Position numbers and translations under genes: made by a program. Positions 51,580-64,000 of a stretch of 64,000 nt of DNA are shown here, piece by piece. This DNA is from Octopus sinensis (taxonomy: Eukaryota). Where the stretch lies: positions 113,832,001 to 113,896,000 of the forward strand of contig NC_042997.1 in the NCBI RefSeq assembly GCF_006345805.1, read 5' to 3'. Position 1 is the first letter of the stretch. Each line of letters starts with the position of its first letter. The notes beneath the pieces were generated by a model. It was given only the letters and a program-made list of their open reading frames with translations, made no database searches and was not told where the DNA came from.

Positions 51580-51717
51580 TTTAAATCTGTAAATTGGCCG
51601 TGTAGCATTAGAGTACCCGGCTAGCATTATTGCTATCTTTTCCATAGATCCATGAAGATTTGTACCCTCTCTGTACATTTGTACAGAGACATCTAGAAGA
51701 TAAAGGCGAGAGTTCAT
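51580..51717 (-). CDS. Coding exon 1 of a 216-aa tandem two-domain muconolactone-isomerase-like protein (MNSRLYLLDVSVQMYREGTNLHGSMEKIAIMLAGYSNATRPIYRFK)
   Basis: ACAATG start at 51717, 138 nt open, ends at AAA|GTAAGT donor (phase 0). An in-frame TAG lies 18 codons upstream. Confidence 0.85.
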
Positions 51718-53584
51718 TGTAGCGGACGGAGGCCGATATATAAGATATATGCCACAGCTACCCGCGCTCTAAAACGGTGACAAACAACAAACGTCTCTCG
51801 TGCAAACAATTCCGTTGAATCGGTTTCGCTTTTCGTAAACACATCGATTTCAACTACAAAAATTTCTTCGTAATCAGACACTATATATATATTTATATAT
51901 GTGTAGTTTCTTTTAAATAAATATAGTATTTGAAATACAATATGAAGCTTAGTTTAAAAAGTCTCTTAGTATAACTATTAAAACAACTAGAAAAAAGGAA
52001 GGGACCCAATATACACCTAATGTTAATTTGTTAATGTTCTCAACTTTTGTTTATTCAATTCTAATTTTTTCTTGCATTCCTTGTATCGAACAAACTGCAA
52101 GAAGCTGAGGAGTCTTTATAACTACCTTGAATAAATATTTCCAATTAACGATTGTCTATAGCATTTATACTACAAGGGGTTGTATGAATTCAATAATTGC
52201 CTTGAAAACCCTCGTATAAAATATTTAAACTGACGGTTTTCCGCTCGCTCTATTTTTTTTTTTTTTTTTTTTGAAGATTGGAACGTTTAGAAAAACCCAG
52301 TAAATTTTCGTTCTGTCCCTTCCTAGTAAGATTTTATATTCTCCTAGCAAATGATCCAGCAATATTGATCTGAGAAATGACCAGAGCCGTTGTTAGTGTG
52401 ATAAAAGAAATCGGCTTTAGATAGCTCTTGATTTTAGCATGAACACGGAAACAGTAATAATGTCATTACACAGGAATATTATAGTCGAGTTTAAAAAGGA
52501 GAATCTTTATACACACATACCCACGCATATTTGTGCGTCTAAGTCATATACTTACATAATCTTTCATTCGCCGATTTGGTTGCAAGAGTGACTACAATTT
52601 TTGTCGAGGTACTTATCAAACAATTTGGCAAGTATTTGAATTCTCGAAAATCGAATTACTCTCATAGCAACCGCAGCCAATAAAAGATTATATAATGAAT
52701 TCTTCTCTTTATGCCATTTGTTAAGCCAGATACACACACTCTCACATACAAGAGGGTGAGGTAGAAAGTAAAGCATTTCTATTTGCATTACTCACCTATG
52801 TATGTATGTGCATGTGCACATACATGAATGCAGACATCTATACATACGGAAGACACATATACGCACATGTGAAATACATACACACACACATGCATACATC
52901 AATCACTTGAAATAACCACAAGGCCCAAGAACTCTCTTTATTAAAGAAGAGAGCCTCGCCACTTCGTTTTAGTACTTAACTTAAATTCTACAAACTGGAG
53001 GAGGGGGATACTCGAATGTATCCTTACATACACACGCACACACGCACGCACGCACGCACGCACATACATGCATGCATGCATGCATGCATGCATGCATGCA
53101 TACATGCATACATGCATACATACATACATACATACATATGTGTATATACTGAATGTGAACTTTTGAGTCAGTGTTTTACAACCAGATACCTTTCTTGATG
53201 CCAGTTCTTTTAGTTTCTTCTTACAACAAACAGTGATACGATGTATCCAGCGCTGGATAAACCGTTAAGCAAAATAAGCACATGCTTAGGGCATCAAGGG
53301 AAGCGGCGGGAAGGAACCACAGAAATGGTAAATGCAATACAAAATAAATCACTTCAAACTTACAAAAATGATATTTGAAATGGTTTACTTGATCGGAAAT
53401 ATAATTTTGAAGTGATCATGGTGTCATAGCAAGGATCTGATCAAAGACTTTGCAATTAAAAATAGTAGAAAGCTGAAATATAAATGAAGTGGAAGTATAC
53501 GAAAATAAACACTGTTTCCCATCTTACTGTTAGTTTTGTTCCATTTTGAAAAATAAAAATTTATTCTATGGTTTATTATTACTG

Positions 53585-53788
53585 TTTCTCTTTACTCTTT
53601 TACTTGTTTCAGTCACTTGACTGCGGCCATGCTGGAGCACCGCCTTTAGTCGAGCAAATCGACCCCAGGACTTATTCTTTGTAAGCCTAGTACTTATTCT
53701 ATCGGTCTCTTTTGCCAAACCGCTAAGTTACGGGGACGTAAACACACCAGCATCGGTTGTCAAGCGATGTTGGGGGGACAAACACAGT

Positions 53789-53837
<49 letters not shown>

Positions 53838-53997
53838 GACGGGCTTCTTTCAGTTTCTGTCTACCAAATCCACTCACAAGGCTTTGGTCGGCCCGAGGCT
53901 ATAGTAAAAGACACTTGCCCAAGGTGCCACGCAATGGAATTGAACCCAGAACCATGCGGTTTGTAAGCAAGCTACTTATCACACAGTCACTCCTGCG
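53585..53997 (-). mobile_element. SINE family B, full copy
   Basis: Reverse complement aligns end-to-end with 7543-8015. Confidence 0.8.
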
Positions 53998-54650
53998 CCT
54001 ATTGTCTATATTTTGAATTTTAAGTGCTTAAGGCTTCTATGAATTTTAATTCAGCTCTTGATCTATCTAATTAAAAATCTGAGATACAGAGTTACAAAGA
54101 TATGCTTAATAAACATGTATTTTCCTTCTGTGCAAAGAGACTTATTGTTAAACCAGAGGAAATTTACATCAGGAAGAACCTGCTTACATAAGAAGTGAAA
54201 AGGCACAGCACCCATGACTTCAGGAAACATTTTTTTCAATCTCAGAATCGTCAAAGCATGGAATAAACTACTCTTGTCAGTTTTTATGACACTATAATCT
54301 TCAAACATTCCATAATTCCTGAAATGCACCTACACAACTCCCAATGAGCCCATTCCTCTTTGAGACTCTTTTAATGTTTACTTTTCTGCATTTTTGCATT
54401 TTATTCTATGTACTGTGTATGTACTTCTAGGTTTCACTGCTGTCTTTCTTTACTTGACTTATATGTCTGCTTTCCATCTCTTTTTAAAATTTTTTCCCCA
54501 GGAGTTGTATTGCACCTGAGTATTGTATACAATAAGCTCATTATGAGACAAGGCTAATCAGTCCACTTTATGGTCCCAGTAGACAAAATAAAAAAGCAAT
54601 TAATGCCTTTTCTGGATTCTCTAATTTTTTTTAACTGATGAGAGAATTGA

Positions 54651-54840
54651 CAGTGGGGTACTGAAAAGTTCCTGGCTTTAAGGGTATTGTGAAAGGCCTG
54701 GTTGGAGGCCCAACCTTCTGAGTTATTTTATAGGACTTAGAAAAATTGAAGGACTGCTGCAATAAGTGTGTGAATCAGAGAGGGGAATATGTTGAATAAA
54801 ATCATGATTAATTGATGCTCTGGTATTTTCTTTTACCCAA
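54651..54840 (+). mobile_element. Mariner-derived MITE-like fragment
   Basis: TIR-like GGGGTACTGAAAAGTTCCTGGCTT followed by KLKDCCNKCVNQRGEYVE*, a mariner transposase C-terminus pattern. Confidence 0.65.
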
Positions 54841-56109
54841 TGCCTTACAGTGATACTGTTTCTGAAAAATGTAAACAAAATCAAGGTAGACCTGATAACA
54901 TATATATTTCTACAAAGTTAGCCATGTACATTAATTAGATGGAGAATTAACATAGCATATACAAGATTAAATTTTTGCATAGAATTACAAATACATATAA
55001 TGTGGAATATTAATGTATAATGTCATAGTGCACTTGAGCATTGTATACAATAAGCTCATTATCATTAATATCATTATTTATCTGCTGGATAGCAAGTCAC
55101 ATCTTGCAAGCTTAGGTATCAAACATCTTTAAGATTCTTGCTGTCCTTAATAAACAGACTTTCTGTATCACAGAGAAGGCTGTCTCAGCCAAGATATCCC
55201 TCGAATTTTTCACCATTTCTGTTTACGGTACCCAACATACCCATGACTAGTGATACTGCCAAGACAAGAGTTAATAAGTGCTGAAGATAGGCGGTAGGGG
55301 CAGTCCGCCCCAGGCGGCACTTTTCATCCTGTTGTTGGCTCTTGCTGTAGGCAATATGTGTTTCTTGTGGGGTCTGGGGTTGGCACACACTCTAGCTACA
55401 CTAGTGCTTGTCCTACTTCATTTATTCCTCTCTATGTATAGCCGAGCAACATCTTGGGGATGGAATACCCTTATAAGCAATTTTCTGGTCTTTCTGTTTT
55501 TAGGTCATCCTTCATCCATTTGACTATATCATTTCCATACCTTATATGCTTCTAAATGTATATAAGTTTAATTTGATCCACTTTAGAAAAGAGGAGACTC
55601 TGAAATTACCATATGCTCTTCCCTCAGGTAACTCCCTAATGTAATCCAACAACACTAGAGGCCTTGGAGTAATTGCTGATAACAGTCTAAGCTGGAGTTC
55701 CCACATAAACAGCAAGGTTGACTTGGTCTGCAAGATGTGCTCCTGGATTCTGAGAACTTTCTTACTCTACTTTTGTCCAACCCCACCTTCAATACTGTTG
55801 CCTACTATGGTCTCCCCACACAAAGCAACTCATTATGAAAGTGGAAGCACTCCAGAGGTCAATAACAAGAAAGATAAACTGCATGACAGACATTGACTCT
55901 TGGGGTCGACTAAAAAAACTCCATCTCTAATCTCTCCAACACCACTGTAAACACTGCATCATTTGTGTGATGTAACTGGTACTTAATTTATCGACCCTGA
56001 AAGAATGAAAGGCAAAGTCGACCTCGGCGGAATTTGAACTCATATCGTAATGGCAGACAAAATACAGCTACGCATTTCGCCTGGCATACTAATGTTTCTG
56101 CCAGCTCGC

Positions 56110-56420
56110 TGCCTTGTCATTTGCTTCAAGTATACCATGATACTAGTATCCTTCACCTTTGTTGATCTCCTTAATTTCCTCGTCTGTTGGTAATTTTATT
56201 CCTTCACTATTTTCATACCTTCTTCTTTTCATTAGCAAGATACGTCATTCACTCGCCCCAAACTCTATGTTGATGTCACTACTAAAGACGTGAACTGTAT
56301 TCACTAGAGTATCAAATTCCTTGTTATCCTTGGCATATAATTTCACTTTGTCCATGAATAACAAATGGTTTGTTCCTTCTCTTCCTTTTTCTGGGTCATA
56401 TCCTGCTTTTACATCTCTAA
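56110..56420 (-). pseudogene. Decayed RT fragment of an R4/Dong-like (RLE-type) non-LTR retrotransposon
   Basis: TNHLLFMDKVKLYAKDNKEFDTLVNTVHVFSSDINIEFG followed by MKRRRYENSEGIKLP...GEGY*YHGILEAND; matches the NHLLFMDDLKLYAK...Y.YLGILE pattern. Confidence 0.7.
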
Positions 56421-59400
56421 ACACTGATGTTAATGGGGATGACTGCCAACACAAATAACAATGGGGGAAGACTGTCACTTGAAAGTCCCCCCCCCACTTA
56501 ATTTGGTGGACATTACAAAGATGTTCCCCTTTTGCAGTTAAGCTTGTATTCCAGTGCTTCATTGAGCTGCAGATAAAAGTTCTCGTGCTTTCAGCAACTT
56601 TAAACACGTCCAAGCACTTCCTTGTGTAACTGTGAGGTCCCACTATCAACATCATCATCACTATCATCATCATTATTATCATTACCACCACCACCACCAT
56701 TATTATTATTATTATTGAATGAAAGAGCAGTGTATGCCATCAAAATGACACTGGAGTAAAATATATGAAGCCCAGTATACCCATCATGACTACCTGTCTG
56801 ATAAGAGTACACTAAGCACATGCATTACAACCATATGTGCGCAACATGGTGATCTCATATCAAGATTAACAGCGCATGACCTTGCAGGTGGAGTCCAGTT
56901 AGAATTTTCTTCTGGTCGAGTAGCCCATCCCACTCAAAAGGTCCCTGAATAAGGTTTGTTTAAGGATGATGAACGAAACACCCATGCTTCTAAGGGTGAA
57001 TTATCCAAACCCCAAGGAATTCCTCTCAACACATGGCTATGATGCTCCCCACTACTTCTGCCCATGACCAGAGATGCACATATCATCAGCCACTAAGGGA
57101 CATGTGCAACTGATTAAAGTCAAACAAGTGACAAGCAAATCTGTGGTATTGAGCAGAATATTTGCTGTAGCTCATCTTTTATACCAAGACAAAACAATGC
57201 TTTTACATCCTTTCATCCCTGGATGGGACTTCTTCAGCACAGCATCTCTTCCGTTGTTGTGGTCACTTGCCACCTCCTTCACGAGATTCCCCATCTTGAG
57301 ACCAGTTTCCAGTATCTCTGCTCACATCTTCTGCAGATTCTTTTAACCCAAATGTGGCTGTATGGTTAAGAAGCTCGTCTTGCAACCACACGGCTTGGTA
57401 TTCAACCCCATCGTGCAGCACTTTGGGCATGTGTCCTCTACTATAACCCTGTGCTGACCAATGCCTTGTGAGTGAATTTGGTAGACAGAAACTGTGGACA
57501 AGCCTGTCATGTGTGTATGGCTGTGTGTATTTACACCCTATCATTGCTTGGTTTGTCTTCATCCCTGTAACTTGGTATTTGAACAAAAGAGTCTTATAGA
57601 AGTAGTGGAGTCAATTTGTTTCACTAAACCCTTCAAGGCAGTGCTCCAGTATGGCCTCAGTCCAATGACTAAAGCAAGTAAAAGATAACTGTCATTCCTC
57701 CAGATGCATTACATGTCCATACCATCACACTCTCTTCTCTTTTACACTGCATCCAGTTTACCAACCCAGTTTTTCACTCACCTCATTTGTGTGCCATCAT
57801 TTACATTGTTTTATTCTTTTAACAAGCTTGCCCTGTGCCATCAAAAATGATGGCTAATTGTAGTATTTTATATATAAATTAGCTGCATAATAGTCACACA
57901 TACAAACATTCATGAACTTCCTTTGTACATGCACACATACACACATATACTCACACAGCATTGAAACACTGATTTTTCTTTTTAGAATTTAATGTTCACC
58001 ATCACACTTTCATTACACACACACACACACACACACACGCACAAACAGTCACATGACTCCCTTTTACGTACATACACACACAGAGTTGAAACGCTGTTTG
58101 ATTTTTTTTCACCATACAACTTCCATCATCCCACTACCAAGTTTGCAAACCCCCTTTCCTTCCTTATTCATCTATCACCCCTTCCTTTCTCATTCATATG
58201 TTGTGATGGAGAAAGACACAAGAGTCTTATTATAGTAGATGGTTTCAGTTGTGGGACTGCAGCTATGCTTGAGCACCACCTTAATTAATTTTCTATCAGT
58301 TTTATCATCACTCTATGGCTGGAAGTTGTCTGTGATTGAATTCAATGTTTTTTTCTTAATATTTCAGTAGAGGTTCCTTTTATATTTCTGATTTCTTTAG
58401 ATTGGCACTTAAACAAGTAAGAACAGGTAAAATGCTTAGTGGTATTTATGCTCTGAGTTCAAATTCCACTGAGGTCAACTTTGCCTTTCATTCTTTCAGG
58501 GTTGATGAAATAAATACCAGTTGAGTCCTGGGGTCGAAATAATCAACTAACCTCCTCCCCCAAAATTTCAGGCCTTGTGTCTGTAATAGAAACAATTATT
58601 ATTATTTTCCTTCTTTGCACTATGATTTGTTTGTGTTTCAAGTGTCCCTTTCCCAAGTTAAAATTTTCTTTTAAAATGTCAGATATTTTTGGCATTCAGT
58701 TCTGTTGATGTCAAGAATTACATAATTGGATTGAAAAACACATGCCTTTCTGCATCTTTTCGCTTTGTCTTTACAACCCAATATATATCTTTACACATGT
58801 TGAGAAGGTGAATTTTCTTCTGGGACTATTTCCACAGTGGAAGGTCTAATCATGTCCAAATACACTTGAACATGTTAAATATGATTTTACATGAATAGTT
58901 TTCCTCAACACTGCTGCATGTCACATAATTTATTGAACTCTAGCTTGTCCAAGCTTTATGTACATCAACAAACTTAGCACATGCTACTTTAATTAATTTA
59001 ATTCTCATTCAATGGAAATTGCAGCTGTGATACCAGTGCCGGTGACAAGTAAGCGAACCATCCGATCGTGGCCGTTGCCAGCCTCGCCCCGACTGCCTCC
59101 GTGCCGGTGGCACGTAAAAAGCACTATCTGTTCGTGGCCGTTTGGCAGCTCCGTCTGGCACCTGTGCAGGTGGCACGTAAAAAGCACCCACTACACTCAC
59201 AGAGTGGTTGGTGTTAGGAAGGGCATCCAGCCATAGAAACACTGCCAGATCAGACTGGGCCTGATGCAGCCTTCTGGCTTCACAGACCCCAGTTGAACCG
59301 TCCAACCCATGCTAGCATGGAAAGCGGACGCTAAATGATGATGATGATGATGATGAAGAACATAGAAACACATGCAACCTACAATTCAATCACTTCATTC

Positions 59401-60259
59401 ACAGCCCGAAATGTATCATCACACTTATTTAGGAGAATTTTCGGTAAGATCTGCTCGTCCCATCCCCCCAACCACCCTTAAAAAAATGGTTTTTTTCCAC
59501 ACAAACCCCCCTTTTCGGCTACAGGGAATACAAATCTGCAAAAAAATTGGCAAAAATCAGCTTTTTAAAATTTCACCCCGTCACCATTTCCTTCATTTTC
59601 CCCTTTTTTCAGAAATTTTTTTCCCAAAATATGTGGAAAAATACAAAGATTATGATTCTGAAAAAAATTTCTAAATAATTTTGTAAAATTTTTTTAAGAA
59701 TTTTTTTTTCTAAATATGTGGAAAAATACGAACATTATGATTCTGACAAAGATTTCAAAACATTTCTGTACTTACGGTTAGGGTTACCTTAATTTAATTT
59801 GTCCTTAGTCGAAAGACACCTGTTGTAATATCCTTTATTTGTATTTGTGTAACATTCTCCGTTTTTTTCCTGTCCTTGTTTTCATATACATTTGCTGCTT
59901 CCTTCCAAGGAATCTAATGCTCTTAGCTTAGTTTTTCCTTGGGGCTGGCCAGATTGGAGCAATCTTGAGTATAACCAGCCGAAATTGCAAAGATAATCTG
60001 GAACTCAACTGAGGAAAAAAACTCTGAATGACCCGTACTTGTTTTCTTTGTATTGTCTATCTGGATGTTTTGCGTTCTTGTTCCATTTTGTATTTTTTTA
60101 TATATAAAACGTATAGCAGTGTATGTACACTTTGGTCTCATATATATATATATATATATACATATATGTATGTATATATATATATGCATATCATATATAT
60201 ATGTGTGTGCAAAACAAATTTCCTTTTTCACTTGTAAAATTAAAGAGGATAGTACACCA

Positions 60260-60662
60260 TCTATATATATATATATATATATAAAGCTGAAGTTGTCTGT
60301 GTATAGCAGGTTTGGTAGCCTTCAACTAACACTATCTCCTCCGAGACCCTGCGGCACAAGTTGACCAAAATTGAGAGTATGATAGAAGGTTTGCTCTTCT
60401 TTCTGTAGAAGAAAAAAAATCAAATTGGACCATGTTAACACCAAAAAGCTGCTTTTTTTCTATGAAAATCCCTATTTTTTACGATTTTTTGACTGCTGTG
60501 TCGCCATTTTTCGGTGTATTTCAACCAGAAAAATGTTCACTTAAAGAGAATAACAAGCTACATAATGCAAAACAAGCTACATAATGCAAAATTTTTACTT
60601 TTCAAAAATTCCAATTCTAAAGGGTTGAAACAAACCCAAGCAACACCGGGCGATACTGCTAG
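60260..60662 (+). mobile_element. Non-autonomous Helitron (related subfamily)
   Basis: A|TCTATATA start and CCCAAGCAACACCGGGCGATACTGCTAG|T end. Confidence 0.8.
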
Positions 60663-61566
60663 TATATATAAAGAGCTATTTGCTAATGCTACAGCTGCAT
60701 TTGAGAATTTCATAAAAGGTCTTACTTTACAAATTTGTCAATGCTCCAATAATATCATGTAAATGAAATTCACACAGATATATTCATATTGATATTAATA
60801 ATCCCTAATATCAATATGTCCTGATTTTGAGAATAGGTACACCATAATACATATATATACACACACGTATACTGTCAATTTACAGCTGGTGTTTTTACAC
60901 ACATCAGCAAAATATTTTTTAGCCAGCTGCTTTTTCAATTCACATGAACACGAACCTTTCATTGATGTCAACATTGTATGCCAACCAGTCAATATGTAAC
61001 TTCTCTCCAGCCTCACAGATGATCAACGTTTAAATATCAACTCAGGGTAACCAAATTCTTACATATCATACAGTTTACTTACTCAAACACTCAAATAAAT
61101 ACATTCTCTTTTTGTTAATAGAGTTTACTTTTTAGCTCAAACAAACAAATATATTTTTTCCTTTTTTGTTACAAAACTATATCAGCAGCTTTGACTTTTT
61201 TTTTAACTTAACTACTATTCATTCAGTTTAATACCATTAGCATTAAGCATTTTTCTAGTTAGTAGAAACTATCTCTTATAATATGTTTAATGAGCTAAGG
61301 TAGGAAGCTGGCAGAAACATTAGCACGCCAGGCGAAATGCTTAATGGTATTTCATCTGTCTTCACATTCTGGTGAAGGCAACTTTGCCTTTCTTCCTTTG
61401 GTCAATAAATTAAGTATCAGCTGCATACTGGGGGTTGATCTAATTGACTGTCCCCTTCCCCCAAAATTTCAGGCCTTGTGCCTAGAGTAGAAAAGAATAT
61501 TTTTAATGAGCAAACTGAGAATTCCATAGACTTCATTTCTTGATGCTATCTTCTGTTTTATATATA

Positions 61567-61610
<44 letters not shown>

Positions 61611-61645
61611 ATATATATATAAAACCACCTAGTGGTTCTGCCATT

Positions 61646-61709
<64 letters not shown>

Positions 61710-61921
61710 ATATATTTACATATGGTGCCAGTTGATAACAAAAAAGGCATCTAGCCATTGAAAATTTGCCTCAATATGCTCCCTCTGACTCATACAAGCA
61801 TGGAAAAGTGGAGAATGTTAAAATGGTGATAATGATGATGTATATATAAATATGGCTGATGACTAGCATCACACTTGAAACTTAAGAGTACCAATGAATT
61901 TGAACTGTTTTGATTCATATA

Positions 61922-62960
61922 TATCATCATCATCATCATCCTCATCATTTAACATCCGTTTTCCATGCTAGCATGGGTTAGACCAGGGTCTGGGAAGCCA
62001 GGAGGCTGCACCAGGCTCCAGTCTGATCTAGCAGTGTTTCTACAGCTAGATGCCCTTCCTAATGCCAAGCACTCTGGGAGTGTAGTGGGTGCTTTTAATG
62101 TGCACTAGCATAGGGGCCAGAGGAGGCTGGCAATGGTCACAATTGGTTGGTGCTTTTTACATGCCTATTTCTTTACTACCCACAAGGGGCTAAACATAGA
62201 GGGGACAAACAAGGACAGACAAATGGTGCTTTTTACATGCCATCGGCATGGAAGCCAGTCGAGGTGGCACTGGCATTGCCCATATTCGAATGGTGCTTTT
62301 TATGTGCCACCGGCACGGGTATCATAGCTACAATTTCCATTTGATTTATATTTTGATGTTGATGTACTCGACTCAATAGGTCTCCTCAAGCACAGCAGGT
62401 CACCCTACGATCCAAGTTTAGCACAGCTGGCTGTCCTGCAATCCAAGATACTTTGAATGGGTTGGGGCTGCTATGTGAAGCTGGTGCAGGATACAGCCAT
62501 GGACTCACTTTATTTGTTGGGTCTTCGCAGTCATAGCATATCTCCAGAGGTCTCGGTCTTTCGTCATTGCCTCTGTGAGGCCCAACGTTCAAAGGTCATG
62601 TTTGACCACCTCATCCCATGTCTTCCTGTGTCTACCTCTACCCTGGATTCCTTCAACTGTTTGGGAGTGGCACTTCTTCACACATCTCTCCTCATCCATC
62701 CTCATCTCTCTCTTGCATGCCACCTCCGATGCTTCTTATGTCCAACATTTCTCTCAGAGTGCTTACACTCTGTTGTGTGTGCACACTGACATCACACATC
62801 CAGCAGATCATGCTAGCTTCATTTCTTTCGAGCCTACACATGTCCTCCACAGTCACAGCCCATGTTTCACTGCCATGAAGCATGTCAGTTCGCACACATG
62901 CATCATACAATCTATCTTTCACTCTGAGCGAGAGACCCTTTGTCACCAGTAAGAGTAGAA
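61922..62960 (-). mobile_element. RTE-clade LINE 3' portion (RT C-terminus + 3' UTR + (GAT)n tail)
   Basis: KFRKLLLLLVTKGLSLRVKDRLYDACVRTDMLHGSETWAV...RGRHRKTWDEVVKHDL runs directly into the abundant ...GTTAGGAAGGGCATCCAGCTGTAGAAAC...GTTAAACGATGATGATG repeat. Confidence 0.85.
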
Positions 62961-62978
62961 GCTTTCTAAACTTTGCCC

Positions 62979-63012
<34 letters not shown>

Positions 63013-63013
<1 letters not shown>

Positions 63014-63398
63014 CACATTAATAATGAAAGGTACTACTTGAAGCACCGGCATGCTAAAAATAGCTGTCAAAACGACTCAAAACCACACTTTCTGTTATAT
63101 ATATATACATATATCTCTACATATTCCATTTTAGTACATATTTTTGATAAGGTTTTTCAAAAACCGAAACATGTAAAAGCAAAGTTAAAATGTACTTAAT
63201 TTTAAGAAAGTAGCATTTTCGCTCGTTTTTCATAAATATATATATATACACACACACATAATCATCATTTAACGTTCATTGTCCATGCTGGCATGGGTTG
63301 GATGGTTTGACTGGGCTGGCACGCTGGAAAGCTGCACCAAGTTCCAGTCTAATTTGGCATGGTTTTCTACGACTGGATGCCTTTCCTTATGCCAACTA

Positions 63399-63459
<61 letters not shown>

Positions 63460-63844
63460 CACATTAATAATGAAAGGTACTACTTGAAGCACCGGCATGC
63501 TAAAAATAGCTGTCAAAACGACTCAAAACCACACTTTCTGTTATATATATATACATATATCTCTACATATTCCATTTTAGTACATATTTTTGATAAGGTT
63601 TTTCAAAAACCGAAACATGTAAAAGCAAAGTTAAAATGTACTTAATTTTAAGAAAGTAGCATTTTCGCTCGTTTTTCATAAATATATATATATACACACA
63701 CACATAATCATCATTTAACGTTCATTGTCCATGCTGGCATGGGTTGGATGGTTTGACTGGGCTGGCACGCTGGAAAGCTGCACCAAGTTCCAGTCTAATT
63801 TGGCATGGTTTTCTACGACTGGATGCCTTTCCTTATGCCAACTA

Positions 63845-63881
<37 letters not shown>

Positions 63882-63885
63882 CATA
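63013..63885 (+). repeat. Near-perfect tandem duplication, period 446 bp, bounded by (TA)n/(CT)n tracts
   Basis: ACACATTAATAATGAAAGG recurs at 63013 and 63459; paired ORFs are offset by exactly 446. Confidence 0.9.
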
Positions 63886-64000
63886 CACACACATATACAT
63901 CTGTTACAGTGGAAGTGTTAATGAATCCTATTTCACTTATTTCTCTGCCAGCTGTTTACATTATATGAACAGTATTAAGTTTCAGCCAACATATTGATCC

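Overview
AT-rich eukaryotic genomic DNA, very probably from an octopus (coleoid cephalopod). I infer this from the repeat families I recognise, not from a database search. Most of the window is transposon debris and microsatellites: many 5'-truncated RTE-LINE 3' ends, several tRNA-headed SINE families, Helitrons, mariner/Tigger/hAT/piggyBac-type MITEs, foldback MITEs, Penelope-like remnants, and one ~4.1-kb decayed Tx1/L1-clade LINE at 40.1-44.2 kb. I reconstructed by hand one spliced protein-coding gene that the ORF track misses. It lies on the minus strand with five coding exons (51717-51580, 49590-49563, 31022-30810, 24383-24268, 23247-23092). All introns are GT-AG, phases match (0,1,1,0), and the CDS is 651 nt. 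The 216-aa product consists of two tandem repeats resembling the muconolactone-isomerase (MIase/CatC) dimeric alpha+beta barrel. Other points of interest: hammerhead-ribozyme-like cores in Penelope-related repeats, including one in a tRNA-headed SINE; three foldback MITEs stacked at one target; a template-switch mosaic of inverted copies at 21.2-22.0 kb; and an old tandem duplication with an unusually conserved microexon-like core. Exon, TSD and Helitron-end coordinates were counted from the sequence. Other repeat boundaries are approximate (about +/-20-30 bp). Family names come from motif recognition only.
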